Positions 59,821 through 64,000 of a stretch of DNA of 64,000 nt are shown piece after piece. Source of the DNA: a virus. Both the position numbers and the translations under genes were made by a program. The stretch spans positions 17,962-81,961 of the IMG/VR virus record IMGVR_UViG_3300047470_000295, one strand, 5' to 3'. The number at the start of each line of letters is the position of its first letter. The stretch's first letter is position 1. The notes beneath the pieces are model-generated. The model was not told the DNA's origin. It made no database searches and saw only the letters and a list, made by a program, of their open reading frames with translations.

Positions 59821-60190
59821 GGGCAGCGCCAGCCGGCACCCCGGAGGGCGGCGGGCTGGCTGCCACCACCTGGTCCAGCGTGCCAGGCATGGACCGATGG
59901 TCAGGCATCGCACGATCAGGTGTTCGCATCGAGGTTCACTGAACCGAGATCAACCGAACAAGATCATCAAAGCGAGTTCGAAGATGTAATCGAACGAGCT
60001 GAGCGCAAGATCATCGAGTGTCTAAAGTGGCATGATCCATTGCCCGTTCGGCCTCGGCCGGCTCGACCCCGATCGACCCGGGGCGGGGCACCCCCTGGGC
60101 GATCTTCAGGGATCGGGGCCGTATACACGCTAAGGCTGGCCCTGGGTCTGGGGAATTTGGATCTTGAGATCTGGCGGGAGGTGAGCCTCT
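59821..60190. other. 370-bp non-coding gap upstream of terS: candidate cos/terminase recognition region
   Basis: AT-rich core. AAGATCATC at 59960 and 60007. GTTCGA-8 nt-TCGAAC at 59976-59995. Several GATC-centred motifs. Confidence 0.35.
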
Positions 60191-60670
60191 ATGGCCGGCC
60201 GTGGACCTGCCCCGAAGGATCCGAACCGCCGAGCTGGGCACAGCAAGGATCCTCACGACCAGACGATCCTGCGCTTCGAGCAGGCCGAGCCGCCGGAGCT
60301 ACCGACCTTGTCGGTGATGAAGGACGGCGAGCTCGTTGAGTACGCCTGGCCAGCTCGCACGCTGGACTGGTGGGAGATGTGGAAGGCGTCCCCTCAGGCC
60401 GAGCACTTCAGCAGCACCGACTGGGACTTCCTGTTGGACACGGCCGTCGTGCACGCCCGGCTGTGGTCGGGGGAGATGTCCGCAGCCGGCGAACTCCGAT
60501 TGAGGGTTGCCAAGTTCGGTGCGACCCCGGAGGACCGCGCTCGGTTGCGAATGCAGTTCGCCCAGGCCGACGAGGCAGACAGCAAGCGCCCTGAGGGCGG
60601 CCGCTCGGCGCGAGAGAGGCGGGGCGTGCTGCGTGCACTGCCGCCGCCTGAAGAGTCGTCGGGGAGCTGA
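60191..60670 (+). CDS. terS: terminase small subunit
   Basis: ATG follows GGGAGG. N-terminal GRGPAPKDPNRRAGHSK is typical of actinophage small terminases. Directly upstream of TerL. Confidence 0.7.
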   Translation: MAGRGPAPKDPNRRAGHSKDPHDQTILRFEQAEPPELPTLSVMKDGELVEYAWPARTLDWWEMWKASPQAEHFSSTDWDFLLDTAVVHARLWSGEMSAAGELRLRVAKFGATPEDRARLRMQFAQADEADSKRPEGGRSARERRGVLRALPPPEESSGS

Positions 60671-60671
60671 C

Positions 60672-62303
60672 ATGCCGTGGAAGCCGCCGGAACCGGGAGC
60701 CGTCCCAACCTTGGGGTTCGAGGTCATCGACTGGATCTCCGAGATGTTGGCGGCCCCCGACCGCGGTGACTACGAGCCGTTCCTGCTGTACCCGGAGCAA
60801 GAGGACTTCGTCCTTCGCTACTACGAGATCAACCCGCGAACTGGCAAGCGACGCTTTCGGCGGGGCGTCATCAGTCGGCCGCGAGGGTGGGGCAAGAGCC
60901 CCTTCCTTGCAGCGCTGGCCATCGTTGAGGCTCTCGGCCCAGTGGTGCCTGATGGATGGGATGCCGAGGGGCAGCCGGTGGGGAAGCCTTGGTCTGAGGT
61001 GCGGACGCCATTGGTTCAGATCGCGGCGGTGTCTGAGACGCAGACGAAGAACACTTGGACTCCCCTTCTGGAGATGCTTCAAGGGCCAGCGATCGACGCC
61101 TATCCGGGGCTGGAGCCGCTCGACACGTTCGTGAACCTGCCGCGGGGGAGGATCGAGCCGATTACGTCTTCCGCTCGCACCGTCAAGGGCAACAAGCCCG
61201 TCTTCGCGGTGCTGGACCAGACAGAGGAGTGGGTTCGATCGAACCGCGGCAACCGGCTGGCGGAGACGATGAGGATCAACGCCGCGAAGGTCGGCGGCAC
61301 GACCATCGAGTCCCCGAATGCCTTCATCCCTGGCGAGGGTTCCGTCGCTGAGGAGTCGGCAGCGTTCTGGGCGAAGATCCGCGAGGGTCGGGCCCGCGAC
61401 GACGGCCTGTACTACGACCACCGCGAAGCGCCCCCCGAGACGGACATGACGGACCGGGACTCCCTGCTCTCAGGCCTGTCGTACACCTACGGAGATTCAG
61501 CGGACCGCAACGGCGGCCACGTCGACCTGGACACGCTCGTCGCCACGATCTGGGACCCCAGTACAGATCCCCAGACGGCCCGCGCCGACTTCCTCAACCA
61601 GATCACGCACGCGTCCGACTCATGGATCTCACAACCCGAGTGGGCTGGCGTAGCCGCCGCCGACAAGGTCGTCGGTCGCGGCGAGGAGATCGTCCTTGGT
61701 TTCGACGGCTCGCGACGACGAAACCGCGGAGTCACGGACGCCACCGCCTTGGTTGGCTGCCGGGTGTCCGACGGCCATCTCTTCCTACTCGGCTGCTGGG
61801 AGCAGCCTGACGGGCCCTTTGGCCAGGACTGGCAGGTCCCCACCGTCGAGGTGCTGGCAGCCGTCGAGGACGCGTTCCGCGAGTACAAGGTCGTCGGCAT
61901 GTATGCGGACCCGGCCAGGTGGGAGTCGCATGTGGCGAAGTGGGAGGCGGACCATGGGCGCCGACTGAAGCTCAAGTCGTCGACTCAGCATCCGATCGAG
62001 TGGTGGATGACCGGAGGCCGTTCTCATCAGATCGTTCGCGCGCTGGAGAAGTTCCGGTCGAGCGTCGTCGACGGTGAGCTTTCACACGACGGGTCGAGCG
62101 TGCTGACGAGGCACATCCTCAACTCTCGTCGGCGTGAATCGCGCAGCGGTATTCAGATCATGAAGGAGCACCCCGACAGTCCGAAGAAGATCGACGCCGC
62201 CATCGCTGCTGTCCTCGCGTGGCAAGCCCGAGTGGACGCCATGGCCAAGGGGCTCGGCAAGAAGAAGACAGGCAAGTCAGGACGGGTGGTGGTGCTGCGG
62301 TGA
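60672..62303 (+). CDS. terL: terminase large subunit
   Basis: 543 aa. Walker A-like RPRGWGKSP, Walker B-like VFAVLDQTEEW, and a C-terminal nuclease-type half. Confidence 0.9.
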   Translation: MPWKPPEPGAVPTLGFEVIDWISEMLAAPDRGDYEPFLLYPEQEDFVLRYYEINPRTGKRRFRRGVISRPRGWGKSPFLAALAIVEALGPVVPDGWDAEGQPVGKPWSEVRTPLVQIAAVSETQTKNTWTPLLEMLQGPAIDAYPGLEPLDTFVNLPRGRIEPITSSARTVKGNKPVFAVLDQTEEWVRSNRGNRLAETMRINAAKVGGTTIESPNAFIPGEGSVAEESAAFWAKIREGRARDDGLYYDHREAPPETDMTDRDSLLSGLSYTYGDSADRNGGHVDLDTLVATIWDPSTDPQTARADFLNQITHASDSWISQPEWAGVAAADKVVGRGEEIVLGFDGSRRRNRGVTDATALVGCRVSDGHLFLLGCWEQPDGPFGQDWQVPTVEVLAAVEDAFREYKVVGMYADPARWESHVAKWEADHGRRLKLKSSTQHPIEWWMTGGRSHQIVRALEKFRSSVVDGELSHDGSSVLTRHILNSRRRESRSGIQIMKEHPDSPKKIDAAIAAVLAWQARVDAMAKGLGKKKTGKSGRVVVLR

Positions 62304-63763
62304 CCGTCTCGATTCCTGAACTGCCGCTGGTGACGTTGTCGGATGACGAGCTCGGTCTGATTGGCCTGCTGCGGGCGGATCTTCTGCGGGACCGTTGGGA
62401 GCTGAAGCTGCGGGACGCGTATTTCAACGGCGAGCAGCTGGTACGCGACCTGGGTATCTCCATTCCTCCGCAGTTGCGGGGCCTGCACACGGTGATCGGT
62501 TGGCCGCGGGTCGGGGTCGAGTCGCTGGAGGAGCGCCTCGACTTGGAGGCGTTTCGGTGGGCGGACGGCGCTGATTCGTCGGAGCTGACGGAGATCGCCG
62601 AGGCGAATGACTTGTTCGACGAGTCGAGCCTCGCGCACCTGGATGCGCTCGTGTACGGCCGCGAGTATCTGGCGGTCGGGACGGGGGACTGCGGGGATGA
62701 CTGCCCGCCGTTGATCTCGGCGGAGTCGCCGCTGGACATGACGCTGATGTGGGATGCCCGCCTGCGGATGGGCACGGCCGCACTCCGCGAGTGCGCCGCT
62801 GACTCGTTCGTCGAGTCGGGTCCCGAGGAGCGGATGCTGGTCCTCTACCTGCCGGACCAGACGGTGATGGCCATACCGACGGCGTCGGGCGGTTGGGAGG
62901 TCGTCGACCGGGACATGCACGGCCTGGGCGTCGTGCCGGTCGTCAGGCTGGCGAACCGGCAGCGGACCGCAGACCGGGTCGGCAAGTCGGAGATCACTCC
63001 CGAGGTCATGTCGATCACCGATGCGGCCTGTCGCCGGCTGATGGGCATGGAGGTTGCCGCCGAGTTCTACGGGGCTCCGCAGCGGTACATCCTGGGTGCG
63101 TCTGAGTCGGCGTTCCAGGACGCCGATGGCAATGCCAAGTCCGCGTGGGAGACGTACATCGGGCGGGTCCTGGCGTTGGAGCGGGACGAGGACGGTGGCA
63201 TCCCGAGCGTGGGCCAGTTCGCCGCTCACGATCCGTCTGGCATGACGAAGTTCATCGACCTGTACGCCAGGATCATGGCGTCGCAGATGTCGGTGGCCCC
63301 GCACGTGCTGGGCTACAGCAGCGACAACCCGGCGTCCGCGGACGCCATTCGGTTCGCCGACAATCGGCAGGTCAAGAAGGCTGAGCGCCGTATCCGCCGG
63401 TTCGGGGCCGGTTGGCAGCAGGCGATGCGTCTGGCGCTGTGGGTTCGTGACGGGGAGCCGCCGGACAGCACGCGCCGCATCGAGACGGTGTGGCGGAACC
63501 CTGCGACGCCGACGGTGGCCGCGCAGGTCGATGCGACAGTCAAGCTTGTCCAGGCAGGTGTCCTGCCCGCAGACTCCGATGTCACGTTGGAGATGGCCGG
63601 GTTCACGGAGGGCCAGCGGCAGCGGATTGCCGTGGACCGCCGGCGCTCGTCGGCGGCTGCTACGGGTGGCGGTCTGCTGGATCGCCTGGCTGCGGTGAAC
63701 GAGCGGTCGACGGCCGCGTTGCCGTCGGCTGCGGAGGTGTCTGGTGGCGACGTCGGTCTCTGA
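62300..63763 (+). CDS. portal protein (SPP1 gp6-like)
   Basis: GTGA coupling to TerL. 487 aa with pattern and length typical of SPP1-type portals. Confidence 0.85.
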   Translation: MTVSIPELPLVTLSDDELGLIGLLRADLLRDRWELKLRDAYFNGEQLVRDLGISIPPQLRGLHTVIGWPRVGVESLEERLDLEAFRWADGADSSELTEIAEANDLFDESSLAHLDALVYGREYLAVGTGDCGDDCPPLISAESPLDMTLMWDARLRMGTAALRECAADSFVESGPEERMLVLYLPDQTVMAIPTASGGWEVVDRDMHGLGVVPVVRLANRQRTADRVGKSEITPEVMSITDAACRRLMGMEVAAEFYGAPQRYILGASESAFQDADGNAKSAWETYIGRVLALERDEDGGIPSVGQFAAHDPSGMTKFIDLYARIMASQMSVAPHVLGYSSDNPASADAIRFADNRQVKKAERRIRRFGAGWQQAMRLALWVRDGEPPDSTRRIETVWRNPATPTVAAQVDATVKLVQAGVLPADSDVTLEMAGFTEGQRQRIAVDRRRSSAAATGGGLLDRLAAVNERSTAALPSAAEVSGGDVGL

Positions 63764-64000
63764 CGGGGGCCGGGATGCCGACCGGTACCGTGCAGCGCAG
63801 CTCGGCCTGACCCGCCTGCTGGTGCGGGATGTCAGAGGCCTGCGACGGCTGATCATTCCCGCGCGTCTGCGGACCTCGATGCCGGACTGGTTCACCGCCA
63901 TGCAGGCGGTGGTCGACCAGTACGCGCAGACGTCGGCGGCGTTGGGTGCCGAGTTCTACGACGCCCAACGGGAGGCGGCACGCGTCGCCAGCACGTTCAC
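63744..64000 (+). CDS. head morphogenesis (SPP1 gp7/MuF-like) protein, 5' part only, runs off the window
   Basis: Open frame from GTG 63744 to the window end. AALGAEFYDAQREAA motif is typical of this family's N-terminus. Confidence 0.5.
   Translation, partial: MATSVSDGGRDADRYRAAQLGLTRLLVRDVRGLRRLIIPARLRTSMPDWFTAMQAVVDQYAQTSAALGAEFYDAQREAARVASTF

Noticed and set aside
59920-60339. 139-aa plus-strand ORF spanning the gap upstream of terS and overlapping terS
   Set aside because: It has no ribosome-binding site, atypical AT-rich codons at its start, and runs out of frame into terS. The region is better explained as a cos/terminase recognition spacer.
62153-63901. 582-aa minus-strand ORF opposite the portal gene
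   Set aside because: Arg/Pro-rich shadow ORF. The plus frame is a recognisable SPP1-type portal coupled to TerL.

Overview
High-GC, GC3-biased DNA, Streptomyces-like by eye, made up almost entirely of mobile-element genes. Calls come from reading the ORF translations and the nucleotide sequence only. No searches were run, so all family names are from memory. (1) 1-8.9 kb is a mosaic accessory island. It holds three membrane proteins, a GvpU-like ORF, a small serine recombinase coupled to a zinc-ribbon/GIY-YIG-like nuclease, DUF6233/DUF6221-like ORFs, wHTH, GntR and XRE regulators, and a tRNA-like remnant. (2) 8.9-9.1 kb holds an orphan 3' end of an acyl-CoA dehydrogenase gene plus a strong terminator, directly beside a tyrosine integrase. 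This is an attP-like junction. (3) 9.1-64 kb is one large temperate phage-like element. It carries int, a divergent XRE switch, and a long translationally coupled early operon (PD-(D/E)XK exonuclease, annealase-like protein, ASCH, two orphan DNA methyltransferases, replisome organiser, DnaC-like loader, DnaB). A reverse-strand island follows at 32.2-36.7 kb with a Nudix pair, HTH proteins, a glycine-zipper mini-protein and an AT-richer unknown gene pair. Next is a plasmid/AICE-type transfer block at 37-47 kb (DUF2637/Spd-like protein, TraB/FtsK-like translocase, clt-like repeats, small membrane proteins). After that come fibre-like repeat proteins with a glycosyltransferase/methyltransferase/epimerase cassette, three homing-type endonucleases, a cos-like gap, then TerS, TerL, portal and the start of a head-morphogenesis gene at the window edge. 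The most notable points are the TraB-Spd conjugation-type block inside a tailed-phage genome, the reverse-strand Nudix/unknown-gene island, the attP-like junction, the 20-residue-repeat fibre with its sugar cassette, and a repeated start-associated sequence. No CRISPR array, rRNA or convincing functional tRNA was seen.
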